Made by a program: the position numbers and the translations under genes | Part shown: piece after piece, positions 36,578-49,290 of the stretch | Layout of the letters: the number at the start of each line of letters is the position of its first letter | Position numbering within the stretch: position 1 is the first letter of the stretch | Notes under the pieces: generated by a model | Told to the model about the DNA's origin: nothing | What the model saw: only the letters and a program-made list of their open reading frames with translations | Database searches by the model: none | Assembly (NCBI RefSeq): GCF_963921235.1 | Contig: NC_086107.1 | Location: 101,806,001-101,870,000, forward strand | Direction: 5' to 3' | DNA from: Mobula hypostoma | Taxonomy: Eukaryota | DNA: 64,000 nt

Positions 36578-39500
36578 TTCAGAATGAGGTTTAATATCAA
36601 AGTTCCAAGTAAAATTTTTACTATTAGAGTACATACGTGTCACCACATACAACCCTGAGATTCTTTTTTCTGCTAGCATACTTAACAAATCTATAGAACA
36701 GTAATACTAAACAAGATCAATGAACAACAAGCTGTGCAAATGCAAATATAAATAAATAGCAATAAATAACAAGTATGAAAGAGCATGAGATAACAGGAGT
36801 CCTTAAAGTGAGACCAACTATTGTGGGAACACCAGAAAGAGAATGTGTAGTTATTCCATTTTGTTCAAGAGCCTAATGGTTGAGGGGTAGTAACTGTTCT
36901 TGAACCTGGAGGTGTGAGTCCTGAGGTACTTGTACCTTCTACCTGATGACAGCAGCGAGGAAAGACCATGGCCTGGGTGGTGAGGATCTTTGATGATGCA
37001 TGTTGCTTTTCTACAACAACATTTCATGTAAATGTGCTCAATGGCTGGGGGGGGGTTTACCCATGATGTACTGGGCCGAATCCACTACCTTTTGTAGGAT
37101 TTTCCACTCAAAAACTTTGGTGTTTCTGTACCAGGCTGTAATGCAGCCAGTAAGCACACTTTCCATCCCACATCTATAGCAGTTACCCAAAGTTTTTGAT
37201 GACATGATGAATCTCCACAGACTCCAGAAGAAGTAGGACCGCTGTCGTGCTTTCTTTGCGATTATATTTATATGATGGGTCCAGGACAGATCCTCTGAGA
37301 TAGTGACACCCAGGAATTTAAAGTTACTGACCCTCTCCACCTCTGATCCTCCAATGAGTACTGGCTCATGAACCTCTAGTTTACCTCTCCTGAAGTCTAC
37401 AATCAGTTCCTTGGTCTTATCGACATTGAGTGAGAGGTTGTTGTTATTAAACCACTCAGCCAAATTTTCAGTCTCTGTCCTGTATGCTGATTCATCGCCA
37501 CCTTTGATACAGCCCACAATGGTGGTGTCATCAGCAAACCTGTATATGGTGCGTTGGAGCTCTACTTAGCCACACAGTCAAGCGAGTAGAGCAGCGGGGT
37601 AAACACACATTCCTGTAGTGCTCCTGAGATGTTTTCACCAATCTGAACTGACTGGGGTCTGCAAGTGAAGAAATCTAGGATTCAATTGCATATGGGGGTA
37701 TTGAGGCCCAGGTCTTGGAGTTTACTGACTAGCTTTGAGGGGATGATGATGTTAAATGCTGAGTTGTAATCAATAAAGAGCATCCTAATGTATGCATCTT
37801 TGCTATCCAGAAGTTCCAGGGTTGTGAGACAAGCCAATGAGATGGCATCTGCTGTAGACCTGTGTAATATCACTGGCATATGTCATGAAATTTATTAACT
37901 TTGCAGCACCAGTACAATGCAATACGTAATAGAAGAAAAACTATATAGATAGAATAGTTATATTAAATAAGTAGTGCAAAAATAGATCTAACAGAGTAGT
38001 GAGGTACTGATCGTGGGTTCAATGTCCATTCAGAAATCAATGGCAGAGGCAAACAAGATGTTCCAGAATTGTTGAATGTGTGCTTTCAGGCTTCTATATC
38101 TCCCTCCTGATGGCAGCAATGAGAACAAGGCATGATCTGGGTGATGAGGGTTTTTGTGATGGACGTTGCCTTTTTGAGGCATTGCTCCTTAAAAATGTCT
38201 TGTGCCTTTTTTGTAGCTGCGTTAAAATGTAGGGTCCAGCTTAGATGCTCAGAGATATTGACACCTAGGAACTTCAAACTGCTCACCCTTTCCACTTCTA
38301 ATCCCTTTGAGGACTGGTGTGTGTTCCCTCGTCATACCCTTTCTGAAGTCCACAATCGGTTCTTCGGTCTTACTGGCGATGAGTGCAAGATTGTTGCTGT
38401 GACATCACTTCACTAGCTGATATATCTCACTTGTGTACACCTCTTGTCACCATCCGTATTTCTGCCAATAGTTGTATTGTTAACAATTTGTATATTGCAT
38501 TTGAGCTGTGCCTAGCCACACAGTCATGGGTGTAAAGAGAGTAGAGCAGTTGGTTAAGCGTATATCCCTGAGGTGTGTCAGCAAGGTGGAGGTGTTATTT
38601 CCGATCTGCACAGGTTGTGGTCGTCTTGTTAAGAAGTCAAGTTCCAGTTGCAGAGGGAGATATAGAGGTCCAAGTTCTGGAGCTTGTCAATCAGAACTGT
38701 AGGAATTATTGTGTTAAATGCTGAGCTGTAGTCAATAAACAGCCTCCTGACATGGGTATTTCTATTGTCCAGGTGATCCAAGACTGCCAATGAGATTGCA
38801 TCCACCATAGACCTATTGTGCTGATAAGCAAATTGCAGTGGGACCAGGTCCTTGCTGAGACAGGAGTTAATTCTAGCCATAACCAACCTATCAAAGCACT
38901 TTATCACCATAGATGTGAGTGCAACTGGACGGTTGTCATTAAGGCAGCTCACCCTGCTCCTCTTAGGCACTGGTATAATTGTTGCCCTTTTGAAGCAAGT
39001 GAAAACTTATAACTGGCATAATGAGAGATTTGAAAATGTCTATGAACACACCTGCCAGTTGTCGGTGTGGGTTTTCAGAGCCCTACCAGGTACTTTGTCG
39101 GGGCCTGTCACCTTGCAAAGGTTCACCCTTTTGAACGACAGCCTGATGTTGGCCTCCAAGACAGGGATCACATGGTTACTGGGTGCTGCAGGGCTCCTCA
39201 TAGCTGTAGTTTTACTCTCCCTTTCAAAGTGAGCATAAAAGGCATTGAGCTCGTCTGGGAGTGAAGGATCACTGCCATTCATGGTGTTGAGGTTTGTTCT
39301 GAGGGAACTAATGGCTTGCAGACCTTACCAATGTTCATATGCATCTGATTCCACCTCCAACCTTGTTTGGAATTGTTCTTTTACTCTTGAGATGGCCCTC
39401 CACAAGCCATACCTGGTTTTCTTGTACAGACCTGGGTTGCCAGACTTGAATGCCATTGATCTAGTCCTCAGCAGACTACAAACCTCCTGGTTCATCCACA

Positions 39501-40155
39501 GCTTTTGACTTGGGTATGTGCAGTAAGTTCTCGTAGGCACGCACTCATCCACACAAGTTTTAATGAAGTCAGTGACAGTGCACTCATTCAGACTCTGAGA
39601 TGAATCCCTGAATACAGTCCAGGTCAACAGATTCAAAATAGTCCTGTAGGTGCTCCTGCACCTCCCTTGTCCATACCTTGGTCCTCACTGGTGCTGTAGT
39701 CTTCAGTCCCTGCCTATACTCAGGGAGTAGAAATATAACCAGGTGATCAGACTTTCCAAAGTGTGGGCATGGGATAGTACAGTAAGCACTTGGTGGTGTA
39801 ACAGTAGTCCAGTGTGTTGATTCCTCTGGCACTACATGTGATTTGTTGGTAATAATTATTTAGAGACTTTTTAAGCTGGCCTGATTAAAATCCCCCAAAA
39901 TGATAGGGAAGATATCAGGATGTGCTGATTGATTACATTGCTCAGTTTGTCTAGAGTCTGTTTTACACTGGCCTGAGGTGGGATGTACACTGCTACCAAG
40001 ATGATCGCTGAAATCTTCTGCGGCAGGTAAAATAAATGACACTTGATTGCAAGTTATTGCAGCTTGGGTGAGCAGGCCTGAAACAGCACCACAAGGAGTT
40101 GATCATAAACTATACTCTGCCTCCTCTGCCTTTGAAAGACTCAGCAGTCCTCTCT
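36578..40155 (-). mobile_element. Rex1 LINE (APE, RT, 3' tail), decayed
   Basis: [52 protein letters not shown]; tail at 36578-36599 and from 37865. Confidence 0.88.
36600..37864 (-). mobile_element. Second Rex1 copy (5'-truncated) inserted in the tail of the first, 8-bp TSD
   Basis: TAATATCA at 36592-36599 and 37865-37872. ORFs 37038-37517 and 37682-37879 carry Rex1 RT motifs (KTKELIVDFRR, FKFLGVTIS). Confidence 0.88.
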
Positions 40156-40752
40156 TAGCGGCTTCAAAGAGACAATCAAGAAAATGAGTACCATAGAAAA
40201 TAATATAGGAAATGAAACAGTTAAATTGTGCACGGTCAGGTCCCACAGCCATATTATAGTAATTAAGTAGTCTCTTTTTTTTAAAGTGTAGAATAATTAT
40301 TTAACAAGTCTTGGAGGAAATCTCCCTACCCTCCCTTCCAAATGGACCTATAATAGTCCAGAATTTCCAGAAGTACCAAGCCACTTATTCTACAATTGAC
40401 CTGCTCCCTCACCTTTGCCCCTCTGAATCTAAATACCGTTGCCTGTCAGGGCTGTGTCCTAAACCTCCTCCTTTACTCTCTGTATACCCATGACTGTGTC
40501 GCCACCCACAGCTCCAATCTGCTAATTAAATTTGCTGACGACACTACACTGATTGGCCTAATCTCAAATAATAATGAGGCAGCCTACAGAGAGGAAGTCA
40601 TCACCCTGACACAGTGGTGGCAAGAAAACAACATCTCCCTCAATGTTGCCAAAACGAAGGAGCTGGTTGTGGACTACAGGAGGAATGGAGACAGACTAGC
40701 CCCCGTTGATATCAGTAGATCTGGGGTTGAAAGGGTGAACAGCTTTAAGTTC

Positions 40753-41124
40753 ATAGAAACATAGAAAACCTACAGCACAATACAGGCCCTTCAGCCCACA
40801 AAGTTGTGCGGAACATGTCCCTACCTTAGAAATTACTAGGGTTACCCATAGCCCTATGGGCACGTGGCAAAGTGGTTAAGGCGTTCGTCTAGTGACCTGA
40901 AGGTCGCTAGTTCAAGCCTCAGCTGTGGCAGAGTATTTGTGTCCTTGAGCAAGGCACTTAACCACACATTGCTCTAGTGTCTGTGCGAGGAGTGGTGCCC
41001 TACACAGACTTCCAATCTGTGCCTTATTAGGCACGAAGACGCCAGTCGCAGGCATCTCATGGTCTGAGTCGACGTTCCCTCCCCTTCCCTCCCCCTCCCT
41101 CCTACTCATAGCCTTCTATTTTTC
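40753..41124 (-). mobile_element. Very short CR1-type 3' tail insertion inside Rex1
   Basis: CATAGAAACATAGAAA tail and GGCCCTTCAGCCC; flanked by TAAGTTC (40746-40752) and TAAATTC (41125-41131). Confidence 0.7.
40856..41102 (+). mobile_element. tRNA-derived SINE with a CORE-like central domain
   Basis: A box TGGCAAAGTGG, B box GTTCAAGCC, GTGTCCTTGAGCAAGGCACTTAACC and a (TCCC)n tail. 13-bp TSD at 40843-40855 and 41103-41115 (11/13). Confidence 0.8.
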
Positions 41125-42619
41125 TAAATTCCTCGGCATACACATCACAGAGGATCTCACGTAGTCTCTACAGACTGGCTGTGCGGTGAAAAAGGCACAA
41201 CAGCGTCTCCTTCACCTCAGACTGTTGAAGAGGTTTGGTATGGGCCCCTAAATCGTAAGAACTTTTTACAGGGGCACAACTGAGAGCATCCTGATTGGCT
41301 GCATTCACTGCTTGGTATGGGAACTATACTTCCCTCAATTGCAGGACTCTGCAGAGAGTGGTGCAGACAGCCCAGGGCACCGGTAGATGTGAACTTCCCA
41401 CTCTTCAGGACATTTACAAAGACAGGTGTGTATAAAGGGCCCCGAAGGATCGTTGGGGTCCTGAGTCACCCCAACCACAAACTGTTCCAGCTGCAACCAT
41501 CCAGGAAACAGTACCGAAGCATAAAAGCCAGGACCAACAGGCTCCAGGACAGCATCTTCACAATTGTATTTCTATGTTATATTGACTGTCCTGTTGTACA
41601 TACTATTTATTATAAATTGCACATTTAGACAGAGACGCAACATAAATATTTTTACTTCTTATGTATATGAAGGATGTAAGTAATAAAGTCAATTCAATTC
41701 ACAACTTGATACATTCTGTTTTAGGGAGATTTATTAGGGAAGACGCTAAAAATGTTTCTAGTGAGTCCCAGCAAGGGAGAGGGAACATTCTGCCACATGA
41801 ATGACTTTCTGTATATGGGAGGGCAGGCTTGGGGCTAGAAGTCCCACCAACAACATCACTCAAACAAATTTTGCCAGTAAGTCATAACCCCACCTTAGGC
41901 AACTGATAAAACTGTCAAAATCTATACCTCTGAATATTTCATGAAAAACTAATAACATTTTTTAAATTACTAATGAATTTTTAAACTTTCATTACCTTTG
42001 GAAAAACCAAAAAAATTGAAAATATACAAAATATTTGAACATTTTAAAATCCTAAAACATTAATACTTTAGTTGGTTAGCTTACTGAAATCGGTTTAGCA
42101 AAGATCTCCAAACCAAATCAAGGCTGGCACAGTTTGTTAACGAAGATTCTCCCTCATGAGGAATCTCTGCAGCTTTGTTCTCTGGACTAGAGGCAATGGG
42201 GGAGTCCAGCATCAGAATATCTTCAATGAAAGGATGGTTAACAGATGTCAACAAGCTTAAGAACTCTTCATTCATATACATGTACAAATAATTCCAAACT
42301 TTTTGGTACTAATATGGGCAGATTCTGGAATTACATATAAAATGTCATCACTTAACTCCAACACAATATCTCAAATGTTTACCTGAGAGAATAAGTAAAG
42401 CCTTTGTTTAACATCCCAGCTAAAAGATAAAGCTATCTTACCTGAAAATGTCTGATTAAATAGGGTCACATTTTGAAGCAGCACCCATTTCTTATGTGGC
42501 CTTGAAAATCCCCTTTCTCTAGAACGTGACATGTAAGTGTCATGTGATGCCTGGAATGTTTTGGTGGTTGTACATAATCACTTTTTCCATTGGCAAGAGC
42601 TCTTAATGGAACCTCCAAG

Positions 42620-45393
42620 CAGTGAACATGAGATGGTGCACCTGAACCAGCAGGAGAGGCAGAATTCAAACCAGGCTGAAGTGCAGAAGGATGAGGCTCC
42701 TCTGCCTACCATCTTGTTAGTGAACGTATAGTCACTTGAAAATAAGATTGACGATAAAGGCAAGGCTGCTGTATCAGAAGCAGATGAGGCAGATCTCAGT
42801 TGTTTGTTTTATTGAGACTTGCTTAACAGCGAACATGCCAGATGCAGCTATCCAACCAGAAGCTTTTACGATTTTCGGAATGAATCAAACCTCCACTTCT
42901 GGTAAGGAAAGAGGTGGCAGTGTGTGTTTTTTATTCAATTCTCGTTGGTGCACAGACGTTGGGGTTATATTGACTTCTTGTTCCCCTGATTTAGAACGAT
43001 TAAATGTAGACCATTCTGTTTGCCTCGAGAGTTTACATACTGCTAGCAGCCGATCATAAGCAAGCACTCACAAAACTGTGCGATGCTGTGTGTAAACAAG
43101 AAACAGTTCATCCTGACGCATTTCAAACTATAGTTGGCAACCTTTACCAGGCCTGTTTGAAGAAAACCCTGCCCAGTTATGACTCAGTACGTAACCTGTT
43201 GCACCAGAGGTCCCAACACGGTAGACCACTGCTACACTATGATAAGGAATGCCTGTCGTTCCTTCTTCAGACCACATTTTGGAAAGTCTGATCATTTGGC
43301 TGTATTTCTGTGACCTGCATATAGACAGAGAGTAAAGAGCAAGGCTCCAGAGATAAAGACAACTTAGAGGTGGTCACAGGGGCCATGTTCAAGAACTCAT
43401 CTGAGGATCTGAGTGACTACACCAGGGTCGTTAAAGACTTTATTAAAATAGCTATGGATGAATGTGTTCGCACAAAATCATTTTCCCCAATCAGAAACCC
43501 TGGATGAACAATGAAATCCAGAACCTGATGACAGCCAGATCAGAGGCATTCAAGTCTGGAGTTCAAGAATGCTACAAGAGGTACAGGTATGATCTCCGGA
43601 AAACCATCTCTCAGGCGAACTGGAGATTCTGGACTAGACTGGAATCAACAAGGGATGCTCAACAGCTGTGGCAGGATTTGAATGCTGTAACCTCCTACAA
43701 AGCTAAATCTTGCAACATAGGGGACAGCAGAGCTTCGCTTCTAGATGAGCTCAATGCCTTCTATTACCGCTTTGACCATTGGAACGGGGGAAACCATAGC
43801 GCACCCCCATGTCTCCCGATGATCCTTTGGTCTCAGTATCTGAAGATGATTTGCGGGCTGCTTTCAAGAGCGTGAATCCAAAGAACTCATCCAGTCCAGA
43901 TGAGTACCTGGAAGAGTACTGAAGATGTGTGCCGACTAGCTGACTTGTGTATTCATGAATATCTTCAACCTCCCACTCTGGCAGTATATGGTACCCCACC
44001 TGATTCAGCCAGGCTTCAATCCTACCGGTGCCCAAGAAGAGCATGATAACCTGTCTAAATAACTTATTGCCCAGTGGCACTTGCATTCACAGTAATGAAG
44101 TGTTTTGAGAGGCTGGTGTTGAAGCACATCAACTCCTGTCTGAATGGTGACTTGAATCTGCTCCAATTCACCTACTGAAGCAACAGGTCTACAGCAGATG
44201 CTGTCTTGTTGGCTCTTCACACAACTCTGGAACTTCTGGATAGCAAAGGTGCATACATCAGGATGCTCTTTATCAATTACAGCTTGGCATTTAACACCAT
44301 CATCCCTCAAAACTAATCAGTAAACTCCAAGGCCTGAGCCTCAATACCACCTTATGCAATTGGATCCTAGATTTCCTCACTTGTAGATGCCAGTAAGCTC
44401 GCATTAGCAAAAACATCTCCTCCACAATCACCATCAGCTCAGGAGTACTGCAGAGATGTGTACTTAGCCCTCTGTTCTACTCGCTTTACACCTATAACTG
44501 TATGGCTAAGTGCAGTTCCAACACCATATGCAAGTTTGTTGACAATATCACTGTTGTGGGCTGTATCAAAGGGATGATGAATTAGCATACAGGAGGAGGG
44601 AGATTGAAATCTCTCACTCAACGTCGACAAGACCAAGGAACTGATTGTAGACTTCAGGAAAGGGAAACCAGAGGTTCATGAGCCAGTACTCATCGGAGGA
44701 TCAAAGGTGGAGAGGGTCAGTAACTTTAAATTCCTGGGTGTCGCTATGTCAGAGGACCCGTCCTCGACCCATCATAAATATTATTGTGAAGAAAGCATGA
44801 CAGCACCTCCACTTCCTCAGGAGTCTGCGGAGGTTCAGCATGTCATCAAAAACCTTGGCAAATTTCTGTAGATGGGTGGTGGAAAGTGTGCTTACTGACT
44901 GCATTACAGCCCGGTATGGGAACACCAATGCCTTTGAGAGAAAAATCCTACGAAAGGTAGCGGATTCGGCCCAGTACATCACGGGTAAAAACCCTCCCAA
45001 CTATTGAGCACATCTACATGAAACATTGCTGTAGAAAAGCAGCATCCATCATCAAAGATTGTCACCACCCAGGCCATGCTCTTTTCTCGCTGCTGCCAGC
45101 AGGTAGAAAGTACAGGTGACTCAAGACTCATACCACCAGGTTCAAGAACAGTTACTACCCCTAAACCATCAGGCTTTTGAACAAAATGGGATAGCTACAC
45201 TCATTTAAGGATTCTGTTATATTGTTATTACATACTCATTATTTATTGCTATGTATTTATATCTACATTTGCAGTTTACAGTTAATTCCTGATGTTTACA
45301 GTTACTGCTGTATAGATTTGCTATGTATGCCCATAGAAAAAGAAACTCAGTGTTGTATGTGGTAACATATATGTACTCTAAATTTCACTTTGA
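42620..45393 (+). mobile_element. Near full-length Rex1 LINE, decayed
   Basis: PLPTILLVNV.SLENK, CFIETCL, GKERGGSVCF, CSPDLE, NQKPWMN, DELNAFY, RT and 3' tail. Same subfamily as 36600-37864. Confidence 0.9.
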
Positions 45394-45584
45394 AGACAGG
45401 GTAATGTAAGCTAGTGGCAAAAGATAACAAAAGTAATTTGATGGAACTTTATGAAAGAAAATAAGGAGCAGTAGATTAGAGAGATTAGAAGTAGTCAATC
45501 CTCAGAAGTCAACATGGACTAAATGGGCTAAATAGTCATCTCTGTTTTTATCATTGTAAGAAATGGGAATAGACATTCGTATTA

Positions 45585-46005
45585 CTGACACTAGCCTACC
45601 TGCCATCAATGATTTGTATACAGAAAGGTGCCTGAAAAGGGTGAGTAACGCACTGCTCATGGACTGTGTCCCACTCCCATCATGAAGGAGGCTACATAGT
45701 ATCCACGCCAGGACACCAGATTTTTTAAAAAAGTTACTTTCCCCCAAGAACCAAGACTGATCAACACCTCAACCCACTTACTCCTCCACAACTTTTATTT
45801 CCCATCAGTTATCTTATATACATAGACTGATTTAATGTTCATAAAGTGATGCTAGGCTATACATCAGTTAGTTATTTTATTCTTATTATTGTTGTGTTCT
45901 TTATCTTTTCTGTCTTTTTTGTGTTGCATCAGATCCAGAGTAACAATTATTTTGTTCTCCTTACACTTGTGTACTTGAAATAATGTTAAACAATCTTGAA
46001 TCTTG
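45585..46005 (+). mobile_element. Rex1 3' fragment
   Basis: SLPAINDLYTERCLKR...LPS*RRLHS...SYFP and an AATCTTG-repeat tail. Confidence 0.65.
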
Positions 46006-46469
46006 TGCCTCCAATGAATATTTGGCCTGTTAATGATGGAAATGCACACTTGTGAAAAGCATCACATATAGCACTCACATATGAAAGAAAAAAGGGCAGA
46101 ATCTTGAAATTGGTGATTCCTGATCCAGCAATGAAGGCTACTTTTAAAATAGCATTTTGTGAAAATCACATGAAGAATGAGAACTTCAACTTACTGGCAC
46201 TATGGGGTGCAGTCCTGCATTCAGCATTGAAATGTTGCAAGTTCTATCAGTTGTTACAATGTAATGAAATAGGACACCTCTTAAAAGGGACAAGCCATTA
46301 AATTGCAACACTTCTGCTCTGAGGAGCATTTCGGAGGAGCTCGATGACTTGGGTAAGAACAGGTCCTTTAGTTTACACTCATGTTGAGCAACATTTTTGC
46401 CATTAAAGCCTGACCCCCCCCCCCCCCACCACCACCACTGCTTGAGCCCTACATTTCTCTCATCTCACA

Positions 46470-46860
46470 TTTCAAAGTCAAAGACAGTTTATTGCCTTAT
46501 GTACAAATACATGTGTACATAGTTGCAGCTAAAAACTTAATAGCAGTATATCACAGACACAGTGAGATTTAAGCAGCATTCACAATAAAAACACAACACA
46601 TTTCTTTACAAGAACACAATTAGAACAAAAAAAAGTTATTTTAGTTCAAAGTGATCAAAGGGTCATGATTAGGGTTGTAACTATTGGTTCAAGAACCAAA
46701 TGGTTGAAGGGAAGTAGTTATTCTTGAACCTGGTGGCATGGGATTTCAGGCTTCTGTACTTGCTACCCAATAGTAGCTGCGAGCATGGTGGAGATCTTTT
46801 GAGAATGGATGTTGCTTTATTGAGGCAGTGCCTCCTGTAGATACTACCAATGGTGAGAAT
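46470..46860 (-). mobile_element. Rex1 3' fragment
   Basis: ORF 46681-46899(-): CLNKATSIL...YRSLKSHATRFKNNYFPSTI. Confidence 0.75.
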
Positions 46861-47224
46861 TAAGCATACATACTGGTTGATAACACTGCTGTGTGACAAG
46901 CAACACTCCTGTATAAACTATATTTATACAAAGGTAATTTATGTGGAAGTGTCTAATATTTAGTTTGTTTGGTTTTGCTACAATTAATCACATAGCTTAT
47001 AAAAATGAGATTTTTCAGTCAGCTGTTCTGATGATGCAGCACTCCCTCAGCAGTGCATTATCAAGATGTGGGATACAGATTACTAAGGCAGATAGAAAAA
47101 GCATGTAAAAAGGGCAATGTTACAGTAGTCATGGGGAATTTAAATAGGCATGTACATTGGGAAAATCCAAGTAGGTGCTGGATCCCAGGAGAAGGATTTT
47201 GTCGAATGCCTACAAGATGAACTC

Positions 47225-49290
47225 TCAGTAGTGTATTCAGATTTTTGGCGCACAAGTTGAAAAAGGCTGCTTCACAAGTTTTTGTATGCTTGGCTCTAGG
47301 AACACTATTGAATCCAGTATTCATGGATCTAAGATTACGATTAGGATTGTAAGGGGATAGACACTCCAAAATATATGGAAGAGCTAGATTATTCAAAACC
47401 TTATGTAGTGTCAATAAATCTAATGTCCTTCAAGAAAGGAACTCTATTATCCTTACCTGGTCACTGGATTCTGAAATGGTTCCAGAGGACTGGAAAATTG
47501 CACATCTCACCCCACTCTTTAAGAAGGGAGGGAAGCATTAAAAATGAAATTATAGGCCAGTTAGACTGGCTTCTGACTTCAGTGGTTGGAAAAATGTTGG
47601 AGTCCATTTTTAAGGATGAGGTTTTGAAGTACTTGGAAGCACCTGATAAAATAGGCTAAAATGGTTAGCTCAAGAGGAAATCTGATCAGACAAATCTGTT
47701 GGAATCGTTTAAGGAAAAGCAGGGTAGACAAAGGAGAACCAGTGGATATTGTTTACTTGGATTTTCAGAAATCTTTTGACAAGATGCTGCACACGAGACT
47801 GCTTAACAAGATAAAAGCCCAAGATAGTACAAGAAAGATATGAGCATGGATAGGAGTTTGGCTGACTGGCAGGAGGTAAAGAGTGGGAATAAAGGGAGCC
47901 TTTTCTAGTTGGCTGCTGGTGACTAGTGGTGTTCCACAGGGTCATGTGGGACCGATTCTTTATTTGTTATATGCTAATGACTTGGATGATGGAATTGATG
48001 GCTTTGTGGCCACATTGTGGACGATATGAAGAAAGGTGGAGGAGCAAGTAGTATTGAAGAAGCAGAGAGTCTGCTGAAGGAATTAGACAGATTGGGAGAG
48101 TAGGCAAAGAAGTGGCAGATGGAATATAATGTAGGGCAGTGTATAGTCATGCACTTTGGTAGGAATAAAGACATAAACTATTTTCTAAACGGGGAGAAAA
48201 TTAAAAACTCAGAGGTACCAAGGGAATTGGGAGCCCTCATGCAGGATTCTCTAAAGGTTAACTTGCAGGTTGAGTCACCAGTAAGGAAGGCAAATGCAAT
48301 GTTAGCATTTATTTCAAGAATATAAAAGCAAAGATGTAATGCTGACTTATTGGTCCAACCACAATTGTATTGTATTGACGAGTATTGTGAGCAGTTTTGA
48401 GCCAGTTATCGAAGAAAATATGTTCTAGTATTGGACAGGGTCCAGTGAAGATCCATAAGAATGATTCTGGAAATGAAATGGTTAATGTATGAGGAATGTT
48501 TGATGGCTCTGGGCAGTACTCACTGGAGTTTAGAAGAATGAGGGAGAATCTCATTGAAACCTGGTTAAGGAGAGAAGGCTGAAGAATGGAGTTGAGAGGG
48601 ATAATAAACTAACCATGATGGAATGGTGGAACAGACTTGATGGGCTGAATAGCCTAGTTCTGCTCCTCTGTCTTATGGTCTTATGTACAATTAAGGGTGT
48701 TTTAAAATTGATCCTAAAGGACACAGGCAGCCAGTGTAATGATGCCAAAACCTGTGAAATGTGCTCAGATTTTGTTTTTTTTTGGTTAAGATTCTTGCTG
48801 CTGAATTTTGAACAGTCCTGAAAAGAGTGCATTACACTAGTCTAATCGGCTAAAACAAAAGCATTTGTAAGAATTTTTCAGTATCTTGAGCTGTTATAAG
48901 AAATTGAACTCTTGTAATGTTCCTTAAATGAAAACACAGTCTTAATACGGTAATATGGTTAATATATGATTTGAAATTTAGCTCAGTCATTAATAATGCC
49001 TAAATTCTTTACTTCTGGCTTGATTTGTAAGGCCAGGTGATCAAACTTATCTTTAAAATTCACACTTTTTTTAATGCTACCAATAACCAATATTTTTGTT
49101 TTTTCCTTACTTAGTTTAAGGAAATTTGAATTCATCCATTCTGTAATGCTAGAAGTCACCTGACCAGATAGTTTAGAGCCTCAGGGTTATGTGGCGTAAT
49201 AGTCAAATATAGTTATGTGCCATCTGCATAGCTGTGATAATTCACTGTGTATTTTGAAATAATCTGACCTAATGGGAGCATGTAGAACAT
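47225..49290 (-). mobile_element. L2-clade LINE fragment split by a CR1 insertion
   Basis: Antisense of YHSYADGT near 49220. EHISQVLASLHWLPVSFRINFKTPLIVHK (48551-48832) joins VLNNLALPYI...PYNPNRNLRS...VPRAK (47061-47414). Confidence 0.82.
47408..48679 (+). mobile_element. CR1 (5'-truncated) inserted in L2, 8-bp TSD
   Basis: CTTATGTA at 47400-47407 and 48680-48687. VDIVYLDFQKSFDK, KANAMLAFI, 3' tail. Confidence 0.85.

Larger units (their letters stand above)
40430..41700 (+). mobile_element. Rex1 3' half
   Basis: QGCVL..LLYSLYTHDC...KFADDTT...KTKELVVDYRR...SFKF, resuming LGIHITEDL at about 41130; tail AATAAAGTCAATTCAATTC. Confidence 0.88.

Noticed and set aside
40856..40930. tRNA-like A and B boxes as a possible tRNA gene
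   Set aside because: Continues into a SINE body and tail within a TSD, so it is a SINE head.
42081..42330. Minus-strand open frame (YQKVWNYLYMYMNEEF...LLNRF) ending at a GTAAG donor
   Set aside because: The better upstream AG brings an in-frame TAG, the nearer AG has a poor pyrimidine tract, and the peptide is unrecognised.
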